From Tubiluchus corallicola (taxonomy: Eukaryota > Animalia > Priapulida), in contig JAQGDQ010000093.1 of assembly GCA_030141605.1 (NCBI GenBank), positions 590,464 through 654,463 of the forward strand: a DNA stretch of 64,000 nt, in the 5' to 3' direction. Under the pieces are notes generated by a model that saw only the letters and a program-made list of their open reading frames with translations, searched no databases and was not told the origin of the DNA. The position numbers were made by a program, and so were the translations under genes. How positions within the stretch are numbered: position 1 is the first letter of the stretch; each line of letters begins with the position of its first letter. This document shows, in pieces, positions 41,996-56,330 of the stretch.

Positions 41996-42009
41996 TGGGT
42001 TTCTTTTTC

Positions 42010-42010
<1 letters not shown>

Positions 42011-42048
<38 letters not shown>

Positions 42049-42104
42049 TCCTTCCTTCCTTCCTTCCTTCCTTCCTTCCTTCCTTCCTTCCTTCCTTCCT
42101 TCCT

Positions 42105-42137
<33 letters not shown>

Positions 42138-42204
42138 TTTCTCTCTCTCTCTCTCACTCACTCACTCACTATTCCTCCCTTCTCTCAACCTGCTGGTCCC
42201 TTAC

Positions 42205-42255
<51 letters not shown>

Positions 42256-42330
42256 ACTATTCCTCCCCTTTCTCAATGTGCTGGTCCCTTACACTTCTTT
42301 CTCTCTCTCTCTCACTCACTCATTATTCCT
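42011..42330. repeat. (TTTC)/(TTCC)/(CT) compound array with duplicated ~45-bp spacer
   Basis: actattcctccc...tgctggtcccttacacttct occurs twice. Confidence 0.9.
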
Positions 42331-43184
42331 ACCCTTTTGTCCCTCATGCATGATCTAGACCTTTTTTCACGGTTAGTAAATCCGGCAATCGCCAAGATTG
42401 ATTTCTCTAATCTGACACGACCGTCTGTCATGTCCATGTCTCAGATCTTGTTGTTTGATAATATCGCTGCTGACTCACCTCCCCACTTCAGTAAAGGAAT
42501 TCTCCCGGGGGAGCTACATTCGCGTGCACAAAACACCACAACGATGTAGTTATTAAGCAGTAGTTTGTTATGATTTGATTGGCGGCGCTGTAACCGTAAT
42601 AAACGTATTGCCCGCATGAAAATGAAAACATGACAACATGTTGCTCAATATTTCGCATACCAAGCTTGTTGTTGTCGTATTTTTTCTTTCAGTACAGACT
42701 TTCCTTCAAGACATTCTTTCAATACTTTCACGTATTTCACGTACAGATCCGTTTGACAGAAGCTTTTTTACAGTTTCAGCGATTGATGACGATCGTGGAA
42801 AGGTCAAAGGTTAAGTGTACCAGACAACGCATTTGTGCCCACTTGACAACACTTCGCAGCCTATGCTGTTGTAGTAGTAACCGTTTTAACAGCTAGCTAG
42901 AATCTTACCTAGTTCATTTTTTCTTGTTCCCAAGCAAGAGCCAGCACTGACTAATGCATATTTAACTAAAGTCCACGTAGAACAACTGAAGTTACTGAAC
43001 TGATGCGGCAGACGCCACTTGACGATTGTAGTCAAGACACGTTGCTGTGGTAAACTTAACCTTTGACCTACAACAACTGCGCGTGCGCACAGCGAAACTA
43101 TGAAAAGCTTTTCGGTTAGAAGGGTGGATAAATTGGATAGATTAATTGATTAATTTAGTGCTGCTCTTGAGAGGTGAATGATGA

Positions 43185-43405
43185 AAGGAAAGGTAAAACA
43201 TTTGCAGAATTGAGGCTTTTTTTCAATATTCGTGAAAAATGTTAGGCGGATTTAGTGATAAAAGTGTGATTAGCGCCTCGTGTACTTAGTAAAATCATTT
43301 TATATAATTTTGATGGGTTATTCTTCCATCAGTGACGTCATTCGTCGGCTGAAGAAAAGCAGCACAGTGGTCAATTTCTGTCAAAAGTATAATACGTTTT
43401 TATAG
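43185..43405 (-). mobile_element. Kolobok-like family I fragment
   Basis: aaggaaaggtaaa... is the reverse complement of 46670-46884. Confidence 0.6.
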
Positions 43406-43894
43406 ATAGCTAATTTAAAGCTAAGAAAAAATAAAAACATCAAGAAAGGAAAAAAGGAACAAATCTAATCAAATCTAATGAACTTGTGAAAAACGAACTC
43501 TCATCAATCCAGATCTACCAGTCTTTGCAAATTGTGTCGCTTACAACAACCTAGAAGCCATGAAGTTAAGTGTTAAGATCTGTCTAGAAGTACACGAACA
43601 TCGAATTTTTAGAAAGAAACTTACAAACGAAGCCAATTCCAGCGTTTCACTACGAACCAGAAGAGAGACACTCGTATTGATTTTGTAAGGCTGAGGGCCA
43701 ACAATTTGTGGCGAACATTTTGTTTATAAACCGCGAATTTGTTTAGGAAAAGTTCCTTATGTAAGAAACAAAACAGACGTTAGAGAAAGAAGAAGACCTC
43801 GCTTCAAAAAACTGAGTGAAGGAGGGTGGAAAGAGCAAGTATGTAGAAGGAAAGTAAAGCTTGAGTTGACACCCACTTCTTTATTCATTTCGTG

Positions 43895-44052
43895 AATTTT
43901 CCAGAGAAACTCGCCGAGGCGTCCACACTAGACAAGCAACTGTCGGAAAGTTTGCAGTAACCTGCTGACAGTAACTCGCAAAGCAGTTCACACTTGTGAG
44001 TTTACTGTCAGAGAGCAAACTTGTGATAGAAAACTGGCTAATCTGAACGCGC
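43895..44052 (+). mobile_element. Harbinger-like MITE fragment (homolog of 54357-54650)
   Basis: aaagcagttcacacttg...ctgtcagagag...tctgaacgcgc shared. Confidence 0.65.
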
Positions 44053-44654
44053 GTTAACTCTTCGTTCTTGGTAAATTCGCCATTATTTAATTCACAATCA
44101 AGAACGCAACTTTTGAAACATCTTGTCAACCTGATTATTAAGCCGTTTTATTGTTCCTGCGTCGAATATCACATTTTCTACTCTGTTGCTCTCCTGTTCG
44201 ACCGAGTAATACAGACAAAATAACAAAAAGAAGCCCAGTTATCGCTCGCAGGCTTCTATTGTTTTACCCAATTCGTCCCTTAATGAGGAAAGCAATTTCC
44301 AGGCAAATAGACCGACGAAGTTTTTCATTTGATTGTGGACAATGCAAAATTTCGTGATCTGTGAACGTAATGCAAACTTGTCTGTCTGAGAAGAGAGGGT
44401 AGAGCAGATGAGAAGAGAGAATGGAGGTGAGGAGAAGGAAAGAGAAGAGAAGAGGGGAGACGTAAGTAAATGATAATGGAGACGTGCTGTTTGAGAAGAG
44501 AAGGTAGAGAAGAAAAGAAGAGAGGAGACGTCTCTACATAGTGAACTGTGAACATAATGTAAGTGTGCCTAAAAAGAAAGGAGAAGAGGGGAGGGGAGAG
44601 GAGAAGAGGGGAGAGGAAAGGAGAGGGGAGAAGGGTGCTGAGAAGAGGAAAGGA

Positions 44655-45217
44655 GAATGGTGGAAGGAAGAATAGAGAACGGCGGAAGGAAGGTCATGGA
44701 ACGGTGGAAGGAAGCATATAGAACAGTGGAAGGAAGAATAGAGAACGGTGGAAGGAAGCATATAGAACAGTGGAAGGAATGGTTTTGAATGGTGGAAGGA
44801 AACGTATAGAACGTTGGGAGGAAGGATATAGAATGGTGGAAGGAAGCATATAGAATGGTGGAAGGAACGGTAGTGAACGGTGGAAGGAAGGTTATAGAAC
44901 GATGGAAGGAAGGGTATAGAACGGTGGAAGGAAGGGCATAGAATGGTGGAAGGAATGGTATAGAACGGTAGAAGGAACGGTATTGAACGGTGGAAGGAAG
45001 GGTATAGAACGGTGGAAGGAAGGGTATAGAACGGTGAAAGGAAATGGTATGGAACGGCAGAAGGAAGCATATGGAATGGTGCAAGGAAGCATATAGAACG
45101 GTGGATGGAAGAGTATAGAATTGTGTAAGAAAGGGTGTGCAACGGTGTTAGTAAGGTATAGAACAGCGGAATGAACGATATGGAATGGTGGAAGGAAGGG
45201 TGTAGAACAGTGGAAGG
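44655..45217. repeat. 22-bp minisatellite (ggtatagaacggtggaaggaag), about 25 copies
   Basis: Tandem units visible. Confidence 0.9.
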
Positions 45218-45367
45218 TATTTAAGCTGAAGTAATCATAAATTTTTCCTTTGTTTAAATTCGAGTTCGAGTCGTTTTTTCGTAGCGACAGAAAATCACCC
45301 GAATTTCGCCAAAAAGACAAAAGCTTCTTCCCCCATCAGGTGAGATGTCGTGAGCTCTTGTGGTCCT

Positions 45368-45381
45368 GTTGCTATGGAAAC
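45368..45381. promoter_or_regulatory. Consensus RFX X-box
   Basis: GTTGCTATGGAAAC in unique CpG-containing sequence. Confidence 0.35.
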
Positions 45382-46410
45382 GTCATTTAGCGTCATTGTC
45401 ATTCGTGTATGCGATTTACTATATTAGTCATTCGCGTCACGCACTCTGTAATAGACTGAATAAGATAATGCATTATTTGCTTTTGTTTAAAGTGCGTGCA
45501 TCGACGAAGCAAAAGCAGTAAAAGTCTATTTTTCTAGACACAAAATGAAGATGAACACGTAATGAGTAATAACGTCTGAATGGATATCGTTATTGCGCCT
45601 GTCTTATTTTATTTCATTAGAGCGGCTATGCAATTCATGCACTCTAATTGGATCGATTCTTAATGTTTAATTCTAAGACGCACTTACTAACGTAGATAAC
45701 AGAAAAATGTCGGAATGGAATTTGTGTAGCGTTATTGTTGTTGTTGTTGTTGATGCTGCTTCTGTTTGTTGTTGCTGCTGTTGTCGCTGTCGCTGTCATT
45801 TTCGCTGTCGCTGTTGCTGTTGCTGTAAATATCGATGTCATCATTCTTGTAGTTGTCGTCACTGCCATTGAATAATTGCATCTTTTGAATGTAAGTGGTT
45901 TAGCTTGTTTTCTTTTGAAAATTGTTGTACTCACTGTGATGTCCAAAATATAAATACCTTAGAAAGGCACCGTATACCGTATGCCACTCTTTTGTGCATT
46001 TTACTTGGTGCCTGAGTCACTCGTCCATGAATTCGTCTAAGTAAGTGTTGCTTAACTATGAAAAGTAATCAACGTTGTTGCTCAAATGTTTCTTTTTTAG
46101 CCATGTATCAAATACTCTCCTTTCTGATTTAGATAAAGCAGATATTTTAATTAGGTATTTTAATACGGTTATTTTAACAGCTAGCACTGACAAAAAAGCA
46201 TTTATCTTTTATAAGAAAAATGGGGAGTACTCTTGAAGCCATTTGCTGAGTTTGAGCTACAGAGTAATAACATTATGCGTCATAGCTATAGGTGCCCATA
46301 AACTTTTGCACTTGCTTTTTCCATAAACTGTAGCCCTCAAACTGGATGTTAATTAACCAAGTTTCGAAGGCCAATACATCAGATGTCAGGAGTATTTTAT
46401 AAAATTTTAA

Positions 46411-46883
46411 AGGAAAGGGCAAGTCTGATATAGTTTTCTGATATCACTTGCAGTTAGAAAAATATGACAAAGAAAATGACAAAAAAACTGTTCATTTATA
46501 CTACTACTGTATAAATATTTCCAAACCCACGGATAGCCGCCATTCACTTGAATATTATGACGAAACTGGTGGACTTTGTGGCTTTCTGTAAGCGCCTGCT
46601 GTTTTATACTAATTCAAGTTACTTAATGCTCATGCAAAAATACCAGAAAATCTACTCTTTTGCAAAAGCTTATTATACATTTGACGGAAATTGACTGAGC
46701 GCTGCTGCTTTTCTTGGAACGAGGAATGACGTCATTGGTGGAAGAATGGGCGTTCAAAATGGGAGCATCCAAGCGTGAAATGAAGGTGTCTTTAAAGTGA
46801 TTTTACTAGTCACAGGAGATGCTTATCACACTTCTCACATTCATTGAAATAACACTAAGTTTCCAGAAGGGTTGACCTTTCCT
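46411..46883 (+). mobile_element. Kolobok-like MITE family I, complete copy
   Basis: ttaa|AGGAAAGGGCAA...TTGACCTTTCCT|ttaa; related end also at ~4303. Confidence 0.75.
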
Positions 46884-47637
46884 TTAAAAGACACTACAGT
46901 AGCCCGCACGTTGCATAAATGACGCACAAAACGAAAAAATATATAAATCGTTAATCGTGACCCTAAATGGGCGCCACCACAGGGTGCAATTTGTTATTAT
47001 TCCCCTCATATAGTCTCATAAAGTAAAAATAATCAGCTATAATTTCCTCAAGAAGATGGCGCTGCGGGAGGCGTAGTGGGATATTGCCAATTTCACAGAC
47101 CTTATGCGTTTTTGTTATGGGTAATTCGGTCTAATTCTCGTGACAGTTTATGAAAGATTTAAAGCACTTGTAGCGTGTGCTAGATACAATGAGAAACCCA
47201 CTGTGAAACAGCCACGGCGATCAATGGAAGTTGCAAACAAAAATTTAATTTTAAAGCCTGGAAATTAATTATGATTTACGGAATTCTGGGATGCCAAACA
47301 TTTTTTGGCGAAATTAATTGCGCGAGAATGCATTTAATATTCGCTTCGAGGGTCTGGAAATTAATTTCGCTGTGGAGATAGAGCGAGTTTGACATAAAGC
47401 AGAGAGTGATGGATGAAACTCGCCCACGAAATTAACTAAATTAGTGTTGCTTAACTATCAAAGCCAACTATTCTGAACTGCAACATCCGCGATATGATGT
47501 TGAATCGTCAGACTACAAAAAATACTTTTCGGCTAGAACTTTGATTAGCTTGGACACCACACTGAGCACAGCAGTTTTCAAAAGAAAAACAACTTAAACC
47601 ACTTACATTCAAAAAGGTACACTTATTCAATGGCGCT

Positions 47638-48252
<615 letters not shown>

Positions 48253-48600
48253 CGTGTCCTCTCTCTTTCGTTTAGCCCGCCTATCCCCCCTTTCTCTGCT
48301 TCTACCAGTCTTTCTCTCTCTTCCCTTCTTTCTCTCTCTTTTCTTTCTTTCATTACTTCCTTTGTTTCTATCACTTTATCTGCTCTCTTTTCTCCATTCT
48401 TTTCCTGTTTTTTCTCACTATTTTTTGAAATCTTTCCTACTTCGTCTAATCCTCCTGGTACTCCCTCACACAATTGCCATCCACCCACCCTTTGCTCCAT
48501 TTCCCTATTGTTTCACTAGCTCTTGTTTGACCTAGCGTTGATAATGTACGACGATCAGAGCTCCAAATACGCAACTCCATCTTCATTTACTCAACAAGCT

Positions 48601-49808
48601 ATAGGGGCGGATACAGGCTGTAGAAAAAGGGTGGGTCCAACGTAAAAGTAGCTAGGAGGTCTGGGGGAGCGGTGTAAGCTGGCAATGCATTTTCTGCAGT
48701 TTAGACCATTTTTCTTGCTGTTTCCTCAAGCAAATTCAATAGTTTAAAACTCATTATGTCTCCTTAAAGTTTTCACGCTTAATTACATACCAATATACTA
48801 GTACACAATGTACACGATGTGTTTTGAAAAGTAGAACCCTTGTGCTATGTGATTTTTACAGCTTACAATTTGGTCAGTCAATTCACACTCGTTTTATTAT
48901 GCCGCCCAACCGATTGCAGAGTAATTTACACTTATATTGGTCATAGCGATATCTTTACCAGAAACTTCAATTAGTACTTAAAACACAAGAAAAGTTGTAC
49001 CTTAAGTAGGTTTCAGAAAAATCACCTTAAAAATTATAAAACTTTATAGCATTTTGATGAGTATATCGTACTCGCATTTAAAGGATTTTTTGTTTGTTTT
49101 CATTTTAAATTTTCCGCAATACTGTTCCGACGGCGCCATTACATGACGTCATACACACACACAACGTAAATCAGGGGAAGAAAAGGAAATGTTAAATTAT
49201 GTCCCAAAAAACTTTCCATGCAATTTTATATTACTTAGCATTTCGGTTACCTGCTTGAAAGACTTACGTAACTAGAAATATTAATTTAAAACGTTTGTGC
49301 CAATTGGTAAAATGTCGCTGACTCACCCTCCAGGGTGCACCACTCACTAACCAAAAACGTGTTTTTAATCTTATTGACAAGATGCAGTAATTTAAAACTT
49401 ACTTAGTTAGTGACGTGTACGCTACGAATGCTCTGATTATTTTTTCAAACTTTACACAATGTTATCTAAACCTGTTTCACACGACCTACCATCAAAACGG
49501 TTGCGCCTAACGGTCATCCCGAGAGTTTAAATTTACATGTTTTATACAACGTTATTGCCACTGCAAGCTCTGCATGCAAAAAGGTAGTAAGTACGTGGTA
49601 TAAAATTTCGAGCCGAATTGGAGGGTAAGTGGAGGGTTTTCTTGTACTTAAAAGGGCACAACATTTTTACACTAACATCATTAATGCAGAACTTTTTACT
49701 TGATATAAGTCACTAAAAGCTACCACTAAACGTTCTAAAGCTTATAATCCAATATTCACTTGGTATGCTGTAACTGCTACCATGAGGGGGCCTTGGGTCC
49801 ACCCCCTA
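48601..49808 (+). mobile_element. hAT-like MITE interrupted by a family A insertion
   Basis: Left taggggcggatacagg with ggtctgggggagcggtgtaagc; right gggtccacccccta. Confidence 0.55.
48982..49647 (+). mobile_element. Family A, complete copy
   Basis: ttaa|AACACAAGAAAA...TTTTCTTGTAC|ttaa. Confidence 0.85.
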
Positions 49809-50078
49809 AGCTAACTGAGCTAATCCATACATTAAAACGTCTACACTGTATGATTAGTATCAGTTACTAATGTCACTAATCGCTATAAGACTGTATGATT
49901 TGTTTAACTCGGTCAGTCAGTCATTTAGTGAGCTGCTCAAATTTACTCTTCACTTCGACTCCCCTTTCGGAAACGTTCCGACACAGAAAACCGGCGATTA
50001 TCCTAGCCGAGTAAGCAGATTGTTTCCGTACCACAAATGATGCTGAGTCGTGATGGCAAACGCTGAGGAACGCAGAGT

Positions 50079-50703
50079 ATAGATGGGCGGTGACCACTTT
50101 CTCGTTTATCCGCATCCGCAAAATCCGCGGTTTGACTGTAGATTGAATATCGCGTATCTAAATTCCGCAAAATGTAGGCAAAAACTAGGCTTACTATGTG
50201 TGCCCTATAACCGTTTTTTGTATGAAGCTATGAGTTATAATCGAGAATCAATAATAAATTACTTGCCAAACCTCAATTTTGCCTGTTAATTTTCAACGAC
50301 AACTCACACCGCACGACGTACATAGTAGTACATCACTCAACCGTATCATGCCCACCACACCACAAACTATAATAGGCTCCAGCAAAAAATTATAAGCAAT
50401 AACAAAAAAGCAAGAGGCGATGAGTACATCTTAAAATAAACTAGTGATGAAAGGCGTTTACTGTTGCAACAAGCCTTTTAATGCACAAAGAATGCTTAAC
50501 AAACTGAAATTTGGTAAACTTTTTGTGCAACACTTGAAAATTTACTTTACATAAGTGGCTTCTGTATGCTGCAATTTCGCGTAGAATCCGCGTTTGGGCA
50601 TTATAAATCCGCATCCTACTTTTCGCATATAATTCGCAATCCGCAATCTGCAAATGTTGCGGATTCCGCACTTTTTGGCCGCAACCCGCTATCCTCCCGT
50701 CTC
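50079..50703 (-). mobile_element. MITE family D, copy 2
   Basis: Reverse complement of 24254-24855; ATCCGC repeats at both ends. Confidence 0.8.
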
Positions 50704-51289
50704 CCACGCAGAAAGTAACCCTTTGCCTACTGAAATAGACTGCGTGCAGTGCATTGTGGGAAATGTGTTTTTTCCCCATGGGATGTTTTTGTAGATTACT
50801 GTGTGTTGTAATCTATAATTGCTGATGGTATTTTCTTAACTAAGCAGACTTGTCGTTAGAATACGATGAATTTTAATAGAATTTGTTAGAGTAGGAGGAA
50901 GAAACGGACAAATTTATAGAATTTTCTGGAATTCGAAATGAGTAGTATAGCTTCGCTTCTTCCACGCCTTTCCCTGATTAAAATTCAGTAGAAGAGACAT
51001 TTTTACCTCTTCCCTCATCCGTTTCTCTCTTTTCCTTCTCTTTCTTCTTTCTTTTTCCCAAGTGCTCTCTTTTTTCCCTTTTCTTTTATTACCTTTTTCT
51101 GTTTTTACTATTGCTTTTCTTTTTCTTACACTTCCTGTTCGAGTTTAGCCGCTTCTTTTTCTTCCTTGCCTCTTTTTCTTTCTTTTCTTTGCCTTTTTTA
51201 TTTACCTCCTTGTCTTTCTTTATTTTCATTTTTTCTTTGCTAGTCCGCTATTCTTTTTTTATTTTTTGTAAATATAAATACGGACACAA

Positions 51290-51578
<289 letters not shown>

Positions 51579-51874
51579 CCTCTCTTTCTTTCTGATTAAT
51601 TCTCCTTTTTCTCTATTACTCTCTCTCTCTCTCTCTCTCTCTTATATACATAAATACAAAAACAGATAGTAGGCAGATGTGGGCTTTGCTGTATCCCCCA
51701 GATTTCACTAATGTTTCATACCATTTCATACCTGGAATAAAGTTATTTTATCTAATGCACACAAAATGCTGTCAGTCAAGGCCATGGTGATGCTTTATTG
51801 ATTTTTTGTAACAATAACGAATACAAGCTCGCTATGTTTGCCCATAAGGTGGAATCTCACTCAAGCAAACTTAC

Positions 51875-51942
51875 TCAAATATTTCCTTGTGTGGGAACCC
51901 TTGGAGTTAATGAAGGTAAATATGGGCCCATCACCATTCTCA
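51875..51942 (-). other. Candidate 68-nt minus-strand exon (ENGDGPIFTFINSKGSHTRKYL)
   Basis: gttttgctttggtcag|TGAGAA...ATTTGA|gtaagt; one fully open frame. Confidence 0.35.
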
Positions 51943-52056
51943 CTGACCAAAGCAAAACGCGCGATCTTGCGTGACTTTCAGTTTTTTGCAGCCTTGGTGG
52001 GGTTTATTTGTTGACAATCGAATTATGATGTTCGTGAGTTGGCACATACAAACGCC

Positions 52057-52800
52057 CATTCATTCGTTCGTTCGTTCGTTCGTTCGTTCGTTCGTTCGTT
52101 CGTTCGTTCGTTCGTTCGTTCGTTCGTTCATTCGTTCATTCATTCATTCATTCATTCATTCATTCATTCATTCATTCATTCATTCATTCAGTCATTCATT
52201 CATTCATTCATTCATTTATTCATTCATTCATTCGTCCTTTTATTCATTTATGTATTTACTCATTCATTTGTTCGTTCGTTTATATATTCCTTCTTTAATT
52301 ACCTCCTTCATTTCTTCCTTCTTTCATTCATTCGTTCATTCATTCATTTATTATTTTGTCATACATTCATTTATTCATTCATTCGTTCATTCGTTCGTTC
52401 ATTCATTCATTCATTCATTCATTCATTCATTCATTCATTCATTCATTCATTCATTCATTCATTCATTCATTCATTCATTCATTCATTCATTTATTCATTC
52501 ATTCATTCATTCATTCATTCATTCATTCATTCATTCATTCAGTCATTCAGTCAGTCAGTCAGTCAGTCAGTCAGTCAGTCAGTCAGTCACACATTCATTT
52601 ATCTACACTGTCTTTTAATAATTCAGTTATCTATACATTTATAGACGATTCATTTATTTATTTATGCACCTACTTATCCATTTTTTGTTCATTCATTCGT
52701 TCATTCGTTCGTTCGTTCGTTCGTTCGTTCGTTCGTTCGTTCGTTCGTTCGTTCGTTCGTTCATTCATTCATTCATTCATTCATTCATTCATTTATTCAT
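52057..52800. repeat. Compound (TTCG)/(TTCA)/(GTCA) array
   Basis: Direct reading. Confidence 0.95.
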
Positions 52801-53654
52801 GTATCACTCGTTCCTTCAGTCATTCTATTTTTCATTCGTCCATTTTTCTTCTTCTTTCTCTCTAACTAAAAACTAATGTTACTTGCCTAGCAGGGACGTT
52901 TTTGGCGGCAATCAGACAGACAAGTTCTGAACCGTCACCGTCAGAATTGAACTTGTCCATTGTTGGTGATGAAAAAACCTTAGGTCCAGTCATTTGTAAG
53001 TGATTACTGAATTGCTTGTAATTTGTGCATGCCAATCTAGTAAAGTATGCTCTAATTGCTTGATGCATGCTAATTTCACCCAGTATGAATAGAAAGCGAA
53101 TGTCTCTAAGCCACAAAGTCACGTTGTTAAGTACAAAGATTTCTAGGTTGGCTATTGTCAACTTTTCTATGGTCTGAAGGCAATTTGTAGTCAGGATGTT
53201 AAAAGCATCCTGTCCCAGAGTTTGTTAGGAGTTAACGAGGGACATTATCGTACTTCTGTGTATTCAAATCCAGTTTCGGGGGGTCGCTGGAAAGGTCAGG
53301 AATAAGTGCATAATTTCAAGTAATTTCGTGTCACTTCAGTCGATGACAGTGGAACGTAGATGGTTAATCTTTGCGATCAATTTCCCATGGATTTTTTGAA
53401 CGATTATAGAGGAGGGGGGCAGGGAGATGCTGCACCGTCACAAACATCAAAATCGTTTTTCTTACGGCAAACGCGACATAGGATTTAATCAGCTAAATTA
53501 TGACTTGTCACTTAAAAATTGCAAAAAAAATGTTGACTCTTCAGTAGCACCTTTTTCATGTAGTAGCTCTCTTGAACCCTCTGAACAGTTTTTAGATTGC
53601 TCAAACTTCGTGATACCAAGAAATCATAATAGTTTTAAATCAAAACTGCACCCA

Positions 53655-54005
53655 TACTACACACGTTCGACAGCTCACGCATGAGCAAAGCTGTAAAGTT
53701 GAAATTTGAATTTTTATCTTATACCTTGCCTAGTTTTTGTACAACACACTGAATATATTACAGTAAGAATGTACTTCAATTTTCGCTTTCGCAAACACGT
53801 GCTACACGCTCGCGGAATATCTTTGCTGTTAAAAATTATGTTAGTTTGTGATGTCATCAATAGCAGGGCTCAACCGCCTTAATTAAGTTTTTAAGCTACT
53901 ATTTAATTATCAGAAACGTTTTTGCAATATTAATTGTGTTAAAATGTAAACATTTTATCGGACTTGAAAATGGAGTAGTATATGAAAAAATCATTGTGTT
54001 TTCCT
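53655..54005 (-). mobile_element. Family C copy (left part)
   Basis: Ends tgtgttttcct|ttaa; reverse complement of 3405-3755. Confidence 0.85.
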
Positions 54006-54356
54006 TTAACAAGCTGTTTTCACAATGCCACTCTTTGAAATTTATTAAAACAACCATGGCAACAATTCTTGTTCCAAAGGCATCCATATGGTTAACGCCA
54101 ATGGGCAAAATAGAAAAATCGATACTTTTGCAAGAAATCTTAATGAAACATAAACAGAAATCACAACACCTGTCAATATTCCTGAGTCGTGACATTTCAA
54201 CAAAGGAAACTAAAACATTTTAATGAAATATAAACACGTTTCTGCGTCAAACTCGGTTTGTTTTACACTGCTGGTTTTTCCAAAATTGCATCACGTTATA
54301 GGCAGTTGATGAAAATGTTGTCACATAGCTACAGAAAAAACAGTGGGCAATATTAA

Positions 54357-54650
54357 GGCGTATTCAGACTAGCGAGTTTTCCGGCCAAGTTAACTCGCCA
54401 AGTAATTCGCAAGGGTGTTCAGACTAAAGAGCAAAAATATGCTGCGAGTTACTCTCTGTCAGTCTGACACTACCTTCTCTATTCACTGCGATTGTTCAAA
54501 GTAACTCGCCGTGGCGTTCACACTAGAGTGACTAGACAGTAAATCAATTCGTAGGTACTTGTTTGCAAAAATTTGCCGACGGTAACTTGTAAAGCAGTTC
54601 ACACTTGCAAGTTTGCTGTCAGAGAGAAAACTCTCTAGTCTGAACGCGCT
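54357..54650 (+). mobile_element. PIF/Harbinger-like MITE
   Basis: taa|GGCGTATTCAGACTAG...CTAGTCTGAACGCGC terminal inverted repeat. Confidence 0.65.
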
Positions 54651-54832
54651 GACTACTGTTAGCATCGGATGTTTCATAGTGTTTAGATTACAAAGCCTTG
54701 TCAAACTTGTATGAACTATACTCATCTATCAAAGAAATTGAAAAAAAATTGCAGGACTTTATAACAACTTTATAGCGTTCATTTTAGCCATTTGAAATAT
54801 TTCCAGCTCAAGTGTTTAGATTATTAAATTAA

Positions 54833-55490
54833 ATAACAAGAAAGGGTGTACCTAAAGTAGGTTTCAGAAAAATCGCCTTAAAAATTTTATTACTTTATAG
54901 CAATTTTATGCGTATATCATACTGATTTTCTGTTTGTTTGTTTTCGTTTTGAATCTCCCTCAATACTGTTCCGACCGCGTCGTGACATGACGTCATATAA
55001 GCACAACGTAAATCAGGGGAAGAAAAAGAAATGTTGAATTATGTCCCAAAAAACTTCCCATGCAAATCGATATTACTTAGCATTTCGCTTACCTATTGGA
55101 AAGACCTGTGTAGCTAGAAATAATAATTTAAAATGTTCTTGCCAATTAGTAGAATGTCACTGACTCACCTTCTAGGGTGCACCACTCACTAACCAAAAAC
55201 GTATTTTTAATCTTATTAACACGATACAGTGATTTAAAATTTTACTTAGCATGTGGCACGAATGCTCTGATTATTTTTCCAAACTTCACGCAATGTTATT
55301 TAAACTTGTTTCAAACGACCTACCATTAAAATGGCTGGACATAACGGTCATCGCGAGAGTTTAAATTTACAAGTTTTATACAGCGTTACTGACGACGCAA
55401 GTCCTGCATGCAAAAAGGCACTATGTACGTGGTATAAAATTTAAAGACTAATTTTTAAAGCTTTAAGTAAGTGGAGGGTTTTCTTGTCCT
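54833..55490 (+). mobile_element. Family A, complete copy
   Basis: ttaa|ATAACAAGAAAG...TTTTCTTGTCCT|ttaa. Confidence 0.85.
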
Positions 55491-56224
55491 TTAACGCCCT
55501 TTGAATCTAATACAGCTATTTACTGATTTATTTGTGTAAATTTCTAAAAAAATTCATTTTTTGAGCGCCATCTATGGGCCTGATGACCGGATGAAGCACA
55601 ATATGTCTCCACAGCAGATAGTTACACGTTTAGATATTCACGAGTTCACCAATAGATGGCACTAAACTTTACTCGGTGAACATCGGTGATTTCCCGCCTT
55701 TTTTAAATGAGATTTTAAATTTTCCTTCGCAAAATAACATGCCTGAATATAATTCCACACATTCTTCTACTATTCTGGCTTATCCATATATGATGCATGT
55801 GTGTGATCGGGGAAGACAGCAGACTAATTAATGGTAAATGACTGGCGTTTGTCGAAACCTCCGTCCTGGGAAATTTCCTGTAAAAAATGCAATACAATTT
55901 GTGTAGCAGGGCAGAGCGCGTGTGTGTTCTGCTACGTCAGGAGTGTCTGTCATGTCATAAGATGGATGATTTGTCATTCATGAGTAAATGCTATATACGC
56001 TATCAAATCCTTAGGGACAAATGAAACCACAACCAAAATATTGAACATTTTTCAGCAAATATAGAGGTCACTCATTATTATGGCTTCCCATATTGCAAGT
56101 ACTCAAGAAAGAAGGCAGCCATTTTTCAGTGTACGAAGAATCCTCTCCTGTACATTCTCTTCACCTCTTCTCACTTTCCTCATCTGTTTTTTTCTTTTTC
56201 TTTTCCCTTTCCTTCTTTTCTCTT

Positions 56225-56330
56225 TTTTCTTCTCTTCTCTTCTCTTCTCTTCTCTTCTCTTCTCTTCTCTTCTCTTCTCTTCTTTTCTCTTCTCTTCTCC
56301 TCTGCTCTCCTCTCCTCTCCTCTCCTCTCC
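56225..56330. repeat. (TCTTC)n grading into (TCTCC)n
   Basis: Direct reading. Confidence 0.9.

Noticed and set aside
44655-45217. 22-bp repeats and overlapping 170-200-aa ORFs as a repeat-protein gene
   Set aside because: Unit length is not a multiple of 3 and the peptide cycles through frames; ordinary minisatellite
55715-55897. Strong minus-strand acceptor at ~55878 as another exon
   Set aside because: No convincing donor or polyA signal follows
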